A DNA stretch of 64,000 nt from a virus (Duplodnaviria; Caudoviricetes): the IMG/VR virus record IMGVR_UViG_3300021368_000002; one strand, written 5' to 3'. The notes below the pieces were generated by a model. It saw only the letters and a program-made list of their open reading frames with translations, searched no databases and had not been told where the DNA came from. A program made the position numbers and the translations under genes. This document shows, piece by piece, positions 9,333 to 18,193 of the stretch (its first letter is position 1; the number at the start of each line of letters is the position of its first letter).

Positions 9333-9857
9333 TTAATCCCATCTATAAAATATATGTTGTCCAATCCGTCCAATAAGTGTTTTATGTTTTGCCCATTTAG
9401 GATTTACATACTTTGCATGATAGTGTGTTGCGCCTTCTGTTATTCCAACAAACTGTTTGTCCCAAAGCATATAATAAGCAAGTGTTTGTGCCGAAATCCA
9501 AGCGTCTTGATCTGATGGATCATCTGCTTTGCCGTCGCAATACCAACTAAACTGACAAGCATTACGCACCATTACCATTTTGTTTGGATCTTTCCAACTT
9601 GGCTTTTGTTTACCTTGTTTTACTACTTCGCAAATAGTGTTTGGATACCGTGTGTCCTTAACTCTGTTCAATACAACATCTGCTACTGCCGCCTGGTCTG
9701 CCTTACTGCTGCTTCTTGCTTCGTAATAGATATTCAAAGCAAGACAATACTCTTCAGGATTGCTCTCTGCAGTGTACAATGACTTAACTTCTGCCATTGT
9801 AGCATTTGTAGAGAACAGAACTGCTACGCCTAAGATGGTGCCTATAATAAATCTCAT
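9333..9857 (-). CDS. SleB/Hydrolase_2 cell wall hydrolase
   Basis: CLALNIYYEAR, CQFSWYCDGK, ATHYHA and GQHIFY motifs; signal peptide. Confidence 0.9.
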   Translation of the reverse strand: MRFIIGTILGVAVLFSTNATMAEVKSLYTAESNPEEYCLALNIYYEARSSSKADQAAVADVVLNRVKDTRYPNTICEVVKQGKQKPSWKDPNKMVMVRNACQFSWYCDGKADDPSDQDAWISAQTLAYYMLWDKQFVGITEGATHYHAKYVNPKWAKHKTLIGRIGQHIFYRWD

Positions 9858-9913
9858 GGTTATAAACCTCGTGTAATATTTAACCTGTTTTTCGTGCTAA
9901 CTTCAATACTAAC

Positions 9914-10369
9914 TTAATTCCTACGCATCTGTGATGCTTCGATAGCTTGTTTTTTGCTTGTGATAGGAACAAGATTGCTCTTGTGTGTTGTAGTGATACC
10001 AATAATATAGTCGCCTGTATACTGCTGATTTTCACGCTTTGGTGCATAACCTGCAATATTATTAGACAAACTTGGGTAATTAGGAGTTTCTCTATAGTTT
10101 GCACTTTTCTGCGGCACATATGACCCGTTTGACACACTTTTCTGCGGCTTATACTCACCCCTAGTATAGGCAATGTAATCATCTAAAGTGTCAAATTGTG
10201 CTTCATGACAATGCATTTGCCGCATACGCTTATTGTGTTTGCGCCATTCAACTTCTAATTTGTTACGTTGATTGTCTGTAAGGTTCTTTGCCTTACGCTT
10301 CTTGTAATTTGTAGTGGTCATATAAGGACCTACAAGGTGCATAGTCATAAAAAACTCCTGTTGTAACAC
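9914..10369 (-). CDS. Hypothetical phage protein
   Basis: 151 aa basic ORF downstream of a TTGACA promoter near 10407. Confidence 0.6.
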   Translation of the reverse strand: MLQQEFFMTMHLVGPYMTTTNYKKRKAKNLTDNQRNKLEVEWRKHNKRMRQMHCHEAQFDTLDDYIAYTRGEYKPQKSVSNGSYVPQKSANYRETPNYPSLSNNIAGYAPKRENQQYTGDYIIGITTTHKSNLVPITSKKQAIEASQMRRN

Positions 10370-10413
10370 ATTTGTAGTATTACTATAACAGGAGTTTAAT
10401 GTATTGTCAACCT

Positions 10414-10893
10414 TTATTTGTCCATTTTAGCCACAGCAGCATCGTAATCTGCTCTGTCAATGATTCCTTCACGTAAAAGTTTTTCTCTGTTTGCCATATG
10501 TTTCATTTGTATTTCTTCTTTTGAACCACCAAAATATGCTACTGCATGGCCTTCTTCAACAAGAATATCTGTTAACCGTTCTGCGGGTTGATCTTCCCAA
10601 CGTTCTACCATAAAGTCTCCTAAGATACGTCCGAACTTGCCTTTCATATCTTCACCGTTTTTATTAATTTGTGTTTTTAATATTACATCGCCTTCTAGTA
10701 GTTCTTTTACTCTAGCCTTTGCAGCTTCGCCGAATAAATCTTCAACTTTATCTCTTGTTCTTGATTCTGGTGTATCAATGCCCATGATTCTCACACGTTC
10801 ATCTTTCATTACAATACCAAAACCTAAATCAATATCAACATCAACGGTGTCACCGTCTATTACTTTTATCACAGTTGCTCTGTACTCATACAT
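10414..10893 (-). CDS. Staphylococcal nuclease (SNase)-like endonuclease
   Basis: VIDGDTVDVDIDLGF, RVRIMGIDTPES and KFGRILG motifs; GAGGGC RBS. Confidence 0.9.
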   Translation of the reverse strand: MYEYRATVIKVIDGDTVDVDIDLGFGIVMKDERVRIMGIDTPESRTRDKVEDLFGEAAKARVKELLEGDVILKTQINKNGEDMKGKFGRILGDFMVERWEDQPAERLTDILVEEGHAVAYFGGSKEEIQMKHMANREKLLREGIIDRADYDAAVAKMDK

Positions 10894-10903
10894 TGCCCTC
10901 TCC

Positions 10904-11224
10904 TCATTTTTTAAATAGTTCCCAAAACTTGCCCATTAGTATTAATATGCCTCCTAGTATCAGCCATGCTATTGCAGGACCACCTCCGTCTGTATACCAT
11001 ACTACTGGAAAGCCTAATAACCATACAGTCTTTGCTGCATAGCTTTTCCAATTCCATAACACATATATTACACCGTCCCAGCTACGCCACTTCTTTGGTT
11101 TGTCTGGACCAAAAGTTGTTTTAGCATCGAGGTGTCTATAAAGTTCTGGATTTCTTTTGTAATAAATCCAAACTACTAAAAACATCAGCCCTATAAAGAT
11201 TAAAGCTGCTGTGTGTTCGCCCAT
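10904..11224 (-). CDS. Small membrane protein
   Basis: Three hydrophobic segments. Confidence 0.5.
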   Translation of the reverse strand: MGEHTAALIFIGLMFLVVWIYYKRNPELYRHLDAKTTFGPDKPKKWRSWDGVIYVLWNWKSYAAKTVWLLGFPVVWYTDGGGPAIAWLILGGILILMGKFWELFKK

Positions 11225-11418
11225 TATTCAGATCCAAACATTCCAATTAAATCGGGGCCGTAAGTTCCAGCTGCCCATGCTAATGCTACGATAGTAATAA
11301 CACCGTAAACTAGCCATTTCATTTTGAAGTCATCGACTTCCATTTTAAGGGCAACTAATTCGTTACCCAAAATTCTTACTGCTACTTCTAGTTTGCCTTT
11401 ATCGTCTGGTTGTGCCAT
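11224..11418 (-). CDS. Small membrane protein
   Basis: C-terminal TM segment; coupled to the next gene. Confidence 0.5.
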   Translation of the reverse strand: MAQPDDKGKLEVAVRILGNELVALKMEVDDFKMKWLVYGVITIVALAWAAGTYGPDLIGMFGSE

Positions 11419-11613
11419 TCATCTTCCTTGTCCGCGATATTTTTTATAACTTTTGCGTCTACTTTTGTTCATACTAGCCGTTTTAATCATACCATTGTTG
11501 CCACCGATAGACGTCTTTTTCCGTGTCGGTTCAAAAACACTTTTAAACCCTACTACTTGTCTTGCCATAATAACCTCCAATCGTTATATGTGTATTTATT
11601 GCTAGGAGGTCAT

Positions 11614-11643
11614 AAAAAAAGGGTGCCGAAGCACCCTAGTTTT
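11614..11643. terminator. Intrinsic terminator hairpin
   Basis: A7-GGGTGC-CGAA-GCACCC; U-tract on the minus strand after the 11658 gene. Confidence 0.65.
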
Positions 11644-11657
11644 AAATATCTAAAAAA

Positions 11658-12110
11658 TTAGAAGTTAAATGAAACACCTACTTCAATTTCTCCACGATCT
11701 TCATCGTTTAGGTTCCATGATGTGTCACCATAAACAGTAGTTGATTCCGATAAATCATAATCAAAACCTAGATCGATAGCTGGACGATGCCCATCTTCAA
11801 ATACATTCATAATTGCAATATCATCGCCACTTGCATGATCAGTTGCATACACTGTAACCAATGTGCCTAATGAGAATGTTAATGGACCATCTGCACCTGG
11901 TGTCCAGTTAACAACAGGCTCGATTGTCACGTTATTAGTTTCTGCATCTACTAAGTGAAATGCTTTTAGTTCTGTATCTAATGATACTCCAGGCGCTAAA
12001 TCTACTGCCTGTGCTGTGCTTGCAGCCATTACTGCTGCCAATGCGATTAGTGTCTTACGCATAAAATTTCCTTTCAAATATGTAACGGGTTTGTTGACGA
12101 ACGCCAACAC
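11658..12110 (-). CDS. Secreted/outer-membrane beta-barrel-like protein
   Basis: Signal peptide MRKTLIALAAVMAASTAQA; terminal EVGVSFNF typical of outer-membrane proteins. Confidence 0.6.
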   Translation of the reverse strand: MLAFVNKPVTYLKGNFMRKTLIALAAVMAASTAQAVDLAPGVSLDTELKAFHLVDAETNNVTIEPVVNWTPGADGPLTFSLGTLVTVYATDHASGDDIAIMNVFEDGHRPAIDLGFDYDLSESTTVYGDTSWNLNDEDRGEIEVGVSFNF

Positions 12111-12159
12111 TCTATTTATTGCGGTGCAGCATCTAAACTAATGGTTGTGATGCAGATAA

Positions 12160-12423
12160 AAAAAAGTGTTGCATCTCTGCAACACTTTTCTAGCCGTTTG
12201 GTAACAAGGTGGACCAACCCCGTGAATCATGCCGCTAGGGCTAACTCAGGTGCAAAGTTATCGTTTGCATTTGTGTTTTGTAAACTTGCCTACCTGTCGA
12301 ATCCTATTTCGCCCCCATCATAATTACTCTACGCCGTAAATTTGTGGTTTTTACGCTACAGAGTAATTATGGTGGAGGCGCCCGGTACCGCCCCGGGGTC
12401 CAAATACGCTTTGTAACGCCTAC
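12160..12423 (-). ncRNA. ssrA: Circularly permuted (two-piece) tmRNA; tag ANDNFAPELALAA*
   Basis: Acceptor piece GGACCCCGGGGCGGUACCGGGCGCCUCCACCA ends at 12370; intervening hairpin 12317-12369; 5' end GGGGGCGAAAUAGGAUUCGAC at 12316; tag frame 12268-12227; TTGACA-N17-TATAAA promoter at 12458; terminator at 12159-12190. Confidence 0.95.
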
Positions 12424-12438
12424 GATTTATTTATAGCA

Positions 12439-12636
12439 TCACTGTGATTTATTGTCAAGATAATTTTTTATATTTGGCGCAAATAAAGCCACCAACCCAA
12501 AGATAAGTAAAAATACAAACCAACCTATTGCAATATAGGCTCCTGCTCCCCATTCGTAATCTACATACATAGGTGCAAAAATAGCACTTGCTATACCTGC
12601 TAAAATACAAATTGTCCAATATATTTTTTTACCCAT
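12439..12636 (-). CDS. Small two-TM membrane protein
   Basis: Two hydrophobic helices. Confidence 0.5.
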   Translation of the reverse strand: MGKKIYWTICILAGIASAIFAPMYVDYEWGAGAYIAIGWFVFLLIFGLVALFAPNIKNYLDNKSQ

Positions 12637-13312
12637 TTTTTCCTCTTATGTATTTTAAGGCACCTTGTACAAATCTTCCTAAATGTGCTTGCGGGGTAGT
12701 AATTTTATCTATTTCTTCTTTACTTGCAAAATGCAAATTTAATTTGTAAGGTTCATTTGTCAATGGTATAATTTGACACAACGGATTGCCTGTTTCTAAT
12801 GTAATTATTCTATTAGTATGTTGATGTGCCATAATATTGATATGTGTCAAAGGTATGTGGTGTAATTTTAGTACACCTGGCAATCCAAACAATCCGAAAT
12901 CGTCTGCATACTCCCAAGTTGGCCAAATCATTAAAAAATCTATGTCCTTATTTGCCTTTATGTACCACGGACTCATTAGTTTAAAATGAATATGATTGTC
13001 TAAAAAGCCTCTACGCTGTTCAGGAGAGTGCATTTGAACACAATCTTCGCCACATACCTGATAACCAAATTCACCACTATCAATCTTCAACATAATATCT
13101 TCCCAAGCAGGAATCATAAAACCATGTTGATATAGATCTAATATTCCCATGCAATGTTTTATAGATCTATTTTGTGCCAAAGCACCAACAGGTGCATCCT
13201 CAATGGCTGGTATTCTTTTAAACCAGTCAGGCATACACTTGTTGGATTTTTGTATTGGTGCTGCTTTAAATGCAGCCTGATTGTTAGTGTAACAATCTAT
13301 AACTAGAGTCAT
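12629..13312 (-). CDS. Hypothetical phage protein
   Basis: 227 aa ORF with PDWFK and KHCMGILDLYQHGFMIPAW segments. Confidence 0.6.
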   Translation of the reverse strand: MTLVIDCYTNNQAAFKAAPIQKSNKCMPDWFKRIPAIEDAPVGALAQNRSIKHCMGILDLYQHGFMIPAWEDIMLKIDSGEFGYQVCGEDCVQMHSPEQRRGFLDNHIHFKLMSPWYIKANKDIDFLMIWPTWEYADDFGLFGLPGVLKLHHIPLTHINIMAHQHTNRIITLETGNPLCQIIPLTNEPYKLNLHFASKEEIDKITTPQAHLGRFVQGALKYIRGKNG

Positions 13313-13551
13313 TACATCTCGTTCTTTTTGTCTTGAATTTCTTTTCTACGGTCTTTTGTAAGTTTACCAAGATCTCCAAGAGCTTTACGAGCTCTAGCAG
13401 CCGCAGCTTTTACGCCTTTATCATCAAAGGTTTCTGCTTCTTTTAGGTAGTTGTTGTACGCTTGTACTATTTCTTCATGTAGTGTCATGCCTATCTCCTT
13501 TTTTATGGGCCTGCAAAAACGTCTCCAGATCCTGCTGCGACAGAAGTGCAT
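13312..13551 (-). CDS. Histone H1-like (Hc1-family-like) small basic protein
   Basis: F.DKGVKAAAARARKALGDLGKLTKDRRKEIQDKKN; likely start MTLHEE. Confidence 0.65.
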   Translation of the reverse strand: MHFCRSRIWRRFCRPIKKEIGMTLHEEIVQAYNNYLKEAETFDDKGVKAAAARARKALGDLGKLTKDRRKEIQDKKNEM

Positions 13552-13793
13552 CCGTCAAGAGCGTCTCCAACTCTACCGCATCCAAGATTGTTGACAAAAA
13601 CTGTAGTTGATCCAACAGAAATAGGAGCGGTGTGACTAGGACACGGAACTCCTGGAAGAAGGTGTGATGTGTTAACGTCAGTCTGTCTGCTTACTGCAAT
13701 ATTATTTACAAATACATTAGGACTGCCTACTGCTCTTGTCATTCCTGAGCAATGATCAACATCTGCATCACCTATTCTAGTTACTGCTGGCAT
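13503..13793 (-). CDS. PAAR tail-spike tip protein (T4 gp5.4-like)
   Basis: PAVTRIGD..HC, GSPNVFVN, PSH, GSTTVFVN, GRVGD and GSGDVFAG motifs. Confidence 0.9.
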   Translation of the reverse strand: MPAVTRIGDADVDHCSGMTRAVGSPNVFVNNIAVSRQTDVNTSHLLPGVPCPSHTAPISVGSTTVFVNNLGCGRVGDALDGCTSVAAGSGDVFAGP

Positions 13794-13986
13794 TTTCTCT
13801 TTCCCTCTTCATTAAATCTTGTAGCCTATTGTTCCATTGTTCTATCTCCTCATGCTGTTCTTCTGTATGAGGTGGCTCCGGGACTGTAGGCTTAAATTCT
13901 ATTACGTGATCAAAGTCTAATGGAATATCTTCGTATTCAGTATACGTTTCTAATACTCCATTTCTTTTAACCACAAACTTACTCAA
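13777..13986 (-). CDS. Hypothetical protein coupled to the PAAR gene
   Basis: 69 aa ORF overlapping both neighbours. Confidence 0.6.
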   Translation of the reverse strand: MSKFVVKRNGVLETYTEYEDIPLDFDHVIEFKPTVPEPPHTEEQHEEIEQWNNRLQDLMKRERENASSN

Positions 13987-14234
13987 AGCGTATGACCTGT
14001 TCCTGTATAACCTGTTGCTTCTACATAGTTCATGAAGTCATCCTTTGAACCAATTACTTTATCTAATATTTTTATTTGCGGAAATGTCCTAGCACCCGGA
14101 AAGTTTTCAAATACTTCTTCACGAGTAAAATCTACATCTAATTGCTTGTACACATATTTAAAGCCTCTAGTTTCGCAAAACTGTTTTGCTTGATCGCAAT
14201 GCGGACAAGCAGGCTTACCCCAAATCTCAATCAT
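13983..14234 (-). CDS. Glutaredoxin
   Basis: CPHC active site, TFPQI motif; adjacent to nrdB. Confidence 0.92.
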   Translation of the reverse strand: MIEIWGKPACPHCDQAKQFCETRGFKYVYKQLDVDFTREEVFENFPGARTFPQIKILDKVIGSKDDFMNYVEATGYTGTGHTL

Positions 14235-15334
14235 AAACTAAATCCTTTTAACATATCTTTATCAACGTCTTGTTTAATACCGCCAATAACATAACTTTCA
14301 ACTTCTGTCTCTTGCGGAGCAACTTGAAGACCTGAAGAACTTAACCAATGCTGTGTCCACGGTAGTGGATTTGTGTTTACTGGTGCATCAAAGATTGCAT
14401 CAAAGCCTAGTGCTTTCAGTCTACGGTTTGCAATGTACTCTACATATTGATGCAGTAGTGTGCTGTTAAGACCAATCATCGAACCATCTTTGAACAAATA
14501 GTCAGCCCAGTCTTTTTCTTCTGCAACACACTCACGCCATAACTCGTACACTTCTTCTTCACACTCTTTTGCAATCTTAGCCATTTCTGGATCGTCTTTG
14601 CCTTGAGCCCAAAGTTTAAGAACGTGTGTGCTTAGTGCAAGGTGTTGTGCTTCATCACGAGCAATAAGTGAAATAATCTTTGCAGAGCCTTCCATCAACT
14701 TTAATTCACCAAAGCCAAAAGTACAAGCAAATGAAACATAGAAACGTAATCCTTCAAGAATGTTTACCGTTTGCATTGCAAGATACAGTTTCTTCTTGAC
14801 TTCATACATCGAACCTTCACCACGGTGCATAAATGCATCTGCGGCTTCATTAAACGCATCATAATGTTTAGTAACAGAAACAGCACGTTGAATAATTTTG
14901 TCATCATCAAGAATTGTATCAAATACTTCGCTTGGATCTGGATACACGTTTTTCATAATATGTGTATATGAACGTGAGTGAATTGTTTCAAAGAAGTCCC
15001 AAGTAACAATACAGCCTTCTAGCTCAGGTAAACTTACATGAGGCAAGAAAGCCAAACAAGGACCACGTCCTTGTACACTGTCTAGCAGTGTTTGATACTT
15101 TAGGTTAGCAGTAAAGATATGCTTCTGTTCTGGACGAAAGTTTGCATAGTCTGCTCTATCTTTTTGCAAACTTACTTCTTCTGGTCTCCAAAAGTATCCC
15201 AGCATTGTCTGATTTAATTTATCAAATACTGGAAACTTAAATGTATCATACCTTTGGGTATTTTGTTCTGCACCAAAGAACATTGTTTCTTTAGTGAAGT
15301 CTACTTTTTCCTTGTTAAACACTGTGCGTGACAT
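14231..15334 (-). CDS. nrdB: Class Ia ribonucleotide reductase beta subunit
   Basis: FWRPEE, ETIHSRSY, LEGLRFY and DEAQH motifs. Confidence 0.97.
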   Translation of the reverse strand: MSRTVFNKEKVDFTKETMFFGAEQNTQRYDTFKFPVFDKLNQTMLGYFWRPEEVSLQKDRADYANFRPEQKHIFTANLKYQTLLDSVQGRGPCLAFLPHVSLPELEGCIVTWDFFETIHSRSYTHIMKNVYPDPSEVFDTILDDDKIIQRAVSVTKHYDAFNEAADAFMHRGEGSMYEVKKKLYLAMQTVNILEGLRFYVSFACTFGFGELKLMEGSAKIISLIARDEAQHLALSTHVLKLWAQGKDDPEMAKIAKECEEEVYELWRECVAEEKDWADYLFKDGSMIGLNSTLLHQYVEYIANRRLKALGFDAIFDAPVNTNPLPWTQHWLSSSGLQVAPQETEVESYVIGGIKQDVDKDMLKGFSL

Positions 15335-15393
15335 CTGATTTCCTTATGTTTCTCTGTGTATAGTATATACTACTTATCTACAAGTGTCAAGCA

Positions 15394-17724
15394 TTAAATT
15401 GCACACGCTTCGCACATTTCATCATCTTCTGTAGCCAAAGTAGCTGGTTCAACCTCTGGTTGATTGTCGTGCCATCCTAATGAGTGTGCTGGTTCATCTA
15501 CCATTTCACTTGGATCTGTTTTGTAATCATATGTGTTTTGGTAGTAAGAAGTTTTCCAACCTAGCTTGTAAGTATTTAACAAGTCTTGCATCATAACACT
15601 CATTGGTACTTCGTTGTCTGGATACTGGGTAGGATTGTAACTCCAGTTTCCTGAAATAGCTTGATCAAAGAACTTTTGCATTACTGCGACAACGTTGATG
15701 TAACCTTCGTTGCTAGGCATTTCCCACAACAAGGTGTAGTGTTGCTTAAGACTTTGATATTGTGGAACAATCTGCTTAAGAGGCCCTTTTTTGCTTTTCT
15801 TAACGGACAGGTAGCCTCTAGGTGGCTCGATACCATTTGTTGCGTTCGACACAACGGAACTGCTCTCTGAAGGCATCTGTGCGGACAGTGTGCTGTGCCG
15901 TAATCCGTGCTCTCTAATATCGTTGCGTAAAGATTCCCAATCATATTTTAATTTGTTTTCTACAATAGTATCTACATCTTTTTTGTATGTATCTATAGGC
16001 AGGATGCCGTCTGAGTATTTAGTGCGGTTAAAGTACTCACACGCACCTCTTTCCTGCGCTATTTTGTTGCTGGCACGTAGCAAATAGTATTGGAATGCTT
16101 CAGTAAGATCATGCACAAGTTGCCATGCTTCCTGATCAGCATAGTTTACTTTATTCTTTGCCAAATAATGTGCTAGTCCAATATAACCAACTCCAAGCGA
16201 GCGTCTTGCTTTTGTAGAAATTTCTGCTGCTTTGATAGGATAGTTTTGATAATCAATTATTTCTTCTAATGCACGAACTGCTAATTCGCAAAGATCTTCT
16301 AAATCGTCTAACTCTTTAATTACACCTACGTTAATTGCACTTAAAATACAAAGAGCAATCTCTCCGTTCTCGTCGTCAATGTGCTCTAATGGCTTTGTTG
16401 GTAATGTAATTTCTTGACACAAGTTACTCATATAAACTGTGTCTTTGAACGAACTATGTGTATTAGAGTGATCTACATTCATAATATAGATACGTCCTGT
16501 TTCTGCACGTTCTTTAATTAATGCTGAAAATAATTCCATTGCAGAAATCTTTTTCTTTTTGATGCTTGTTTTGCGTTCATACATTTCATACATTTCTTTA
16601 AACGCATCCGCATCACCAAAGTATGCTTCATATAAGCCAGGCACATCATGTGGTGAGAAAAGAGTAATATCTCCGCCGCTCAACAATCTTTCGTACATAG
16701 TTTTGTTAAGTTGGATTGAGTAGTCTAGTTTACGTACACGGTTGTCTTCTGTGCCTTTGTTGTTCTTTAGCACAAGAATATCTTCAATCTCTTGATGCCA
16801 AAACGGGAAGTGTGTAGTAGCACTACCACCACGTACACCATTTTGTGTACAACAGCGTACAGTTGCTTCAAACTTCTTTAGGAACGGAATAATACCTGTA
16901 TGAGCTACTTCTCCTCCTCTGATTTTAGAGTTGACGCCTCTAATTCTTCCTGCGTTGATACCGATGCCAGCCCTCTGCGCAGTGTACCTTCCAATAGACA
17001 TATCGGAAGCAAAGATACTGTCAAGAGTGTCGTTACTGTCAACGAGGACACATGAAGCAAACTGGCGGACAGGGGTGCGGACTCCTGCCATAACTGGCGT
17101 TGGGATGTTGATTTTAAAAAGTGAGGTCGCATCATAATATCTCCTTACATAGTGCATACGTTCGTGCTTAGGATATTGCGAAAACAAAGTTGCTGCAATC
17201 ATCATATACATGAACTGAGGAGTCTCAAATAACTGGCCTGAAGATCTGTCCTGACAAAGATATTTGTCTACAACTTGACGCAGCCCTGCGTAGGTAAAAT
17301 TCTCGTCACGCTTGTGATGAATATATGAATCCATCCTTGCAATTTCTTCGCTATCATATTCATCAAGGATTGCTGGATCGTAAACACCTCTCTCAATGTT
17401 TTTATCGATCATTTCTCGCAATGTAATTGGCTCATAGCGACCGAACACTGTTTTGTTTACAGTGTAACCTAACAAACGAGCAGCAGCAGTTTGGTAATTA
17501 GGTGCATCAAGAGAAATCAAATCGTTTGCACTACGGATTAGAATTTCTTGTATTTCCGTTGTGCTCATACCATCGTAAAACTGTAAATTAGCATTCATTT
17601 CAATTTGGCTACTACTTACGCCTGCTAAACCTTTACAGGCTTCTTCTACAACAAAATGTATTTTGTCAATGTTTAATAATTCTTTAGTGCCATCTCTTTT
17701 GATAATATGAATGCCATTGGCCAT
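15394..17724 (-). CDS. nrdA: Class Ia ribonucleotide reductase alpha subunit with ATP cone
   Basis: IIKRDG ATP cone, PTPVMAG, SNLCQEI, C-terminal CEACAI; no intein or intron evident. Confidence 0.97.
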   Translation of the reverse strand: MANGIHIIKRDGTKELLNIDKIHFVVEEACKGLAGVSSSQIEMNANLQFYDGMSTTEIQEILIRSANDLISLDAPNYQTAAARLLGYTVNKTVFGRYEPITLREMIDKNIERGVYDPAILDEYDSEEIARMDSYIHHKRDENFTYAGLRQVVDKYLCQDRSSGQLFETPQFMYMMIAATLFSQYPKHERMHYVRRYYDATSLFKINIPTPVMAGVRTPVRQFASCVLVDSNDTLDSIFASDMSIGRYTAQRAGIGINAGRIRGVNSKIRGGEVAHTGIIPFLKKFEATVRCCTQNGVRGGSATTHFPFWHQEIEDILVLKNNKGTEDNRVRKLDYSIQLNKTMYERLLSGGDITLFSPHDVPGLYEAYFGDADAFKEMYEMYERKTSIKKKKISAMELFSALIKERAETGRIYIMNVDHSNTHSSFKDTVYMSNLCQEITLPTKPLEHIDDENGEIALCILSAINVGVIKELDDLEDLCELAVRALEEIIDYQNYPIKAAEISTKARRSLGVGYIGLAHYLAKNKVNYADQEAWQLVHDLTEAFQYYLLRASNKIAQERGACEYFNRTKYSDGILPIDTYKKDVDTIVENKLKYDWESLRNDIREHGLRHSTLSAQMPSESSSVVSNATNGIEPPRGYLSVKKSKKGPLKQIVPQYQSLKQHYTLLWEMPSNEGYINVVAVMQKFFDQAISGNWSYNPTQYPDNEVPMSVMMQDLLNTYKLGWKTSYYQNTYDYKTDPSEMVDEPAHSLGWHDNQPEVEPATLATEDDEMCEACAI

Positions 17725-17764
17725 TTTTTGACTCTCCTTGTTTTTGATCTATTTAAATGAATAT

Positions 17765-18193
17765 TTATTTGGTTTTGTGCATAGGATATTTTTTCTGAAT
17801 TTGAAGTGTTGCTGGCAACTCCTTAACATCAATGTGTGTATTTTTATCATATCCAATCACTCTATTATTAATGACGAGGAGATAGTAATCGGCTGATTTT
17901 GTACTATCTATACCAATATGTATCTCAAAGTCGGACCCCGAAAAGCGGTCGGTTAACTGTAAAGAATAGCATTGTCCTAGTACGATACAAAAGTCACAAT
18001 ACTGATTCTCTTGTATAAGTTCCCAAGGACTAGGCCAGCTTTTTTCATCCCACGGGTCAGTATGTATACTAACTGTAGGAACATCATTATATTTGTCTAC
18101 TACATCTTGTAAAGGATCTTCAGCAGACTCTAGAGACACTCTAAAATCAGACCAAGCCCGTAGCCTGACTTCATAAGAACTATCCCTAAACAT
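17765..18193 (-). CDS. Hypothetical phage protein
   Basis: 142 aa ORF coupled to the tail protein gene. Confidence 0.6.
   Translation of the reverse strand: MFRDSSYEVRLRAWSDFRVSLESAEDPLQDVVDKYNDVPTVSIHTDPWDEKSWPSPWELIQENQYCDFCIVLGQCYSLQLTDRFSGSDFEIHIGIDSTKSADYYLLVINNRVIGYDKNTHIDVKELPATLQIQKKYPMHKTK

Noticed and set aside
14231-17724. Introns or inteins in nrdA/nrdB
   Set aside because: Both proteins are of normal length and uninterrupted.
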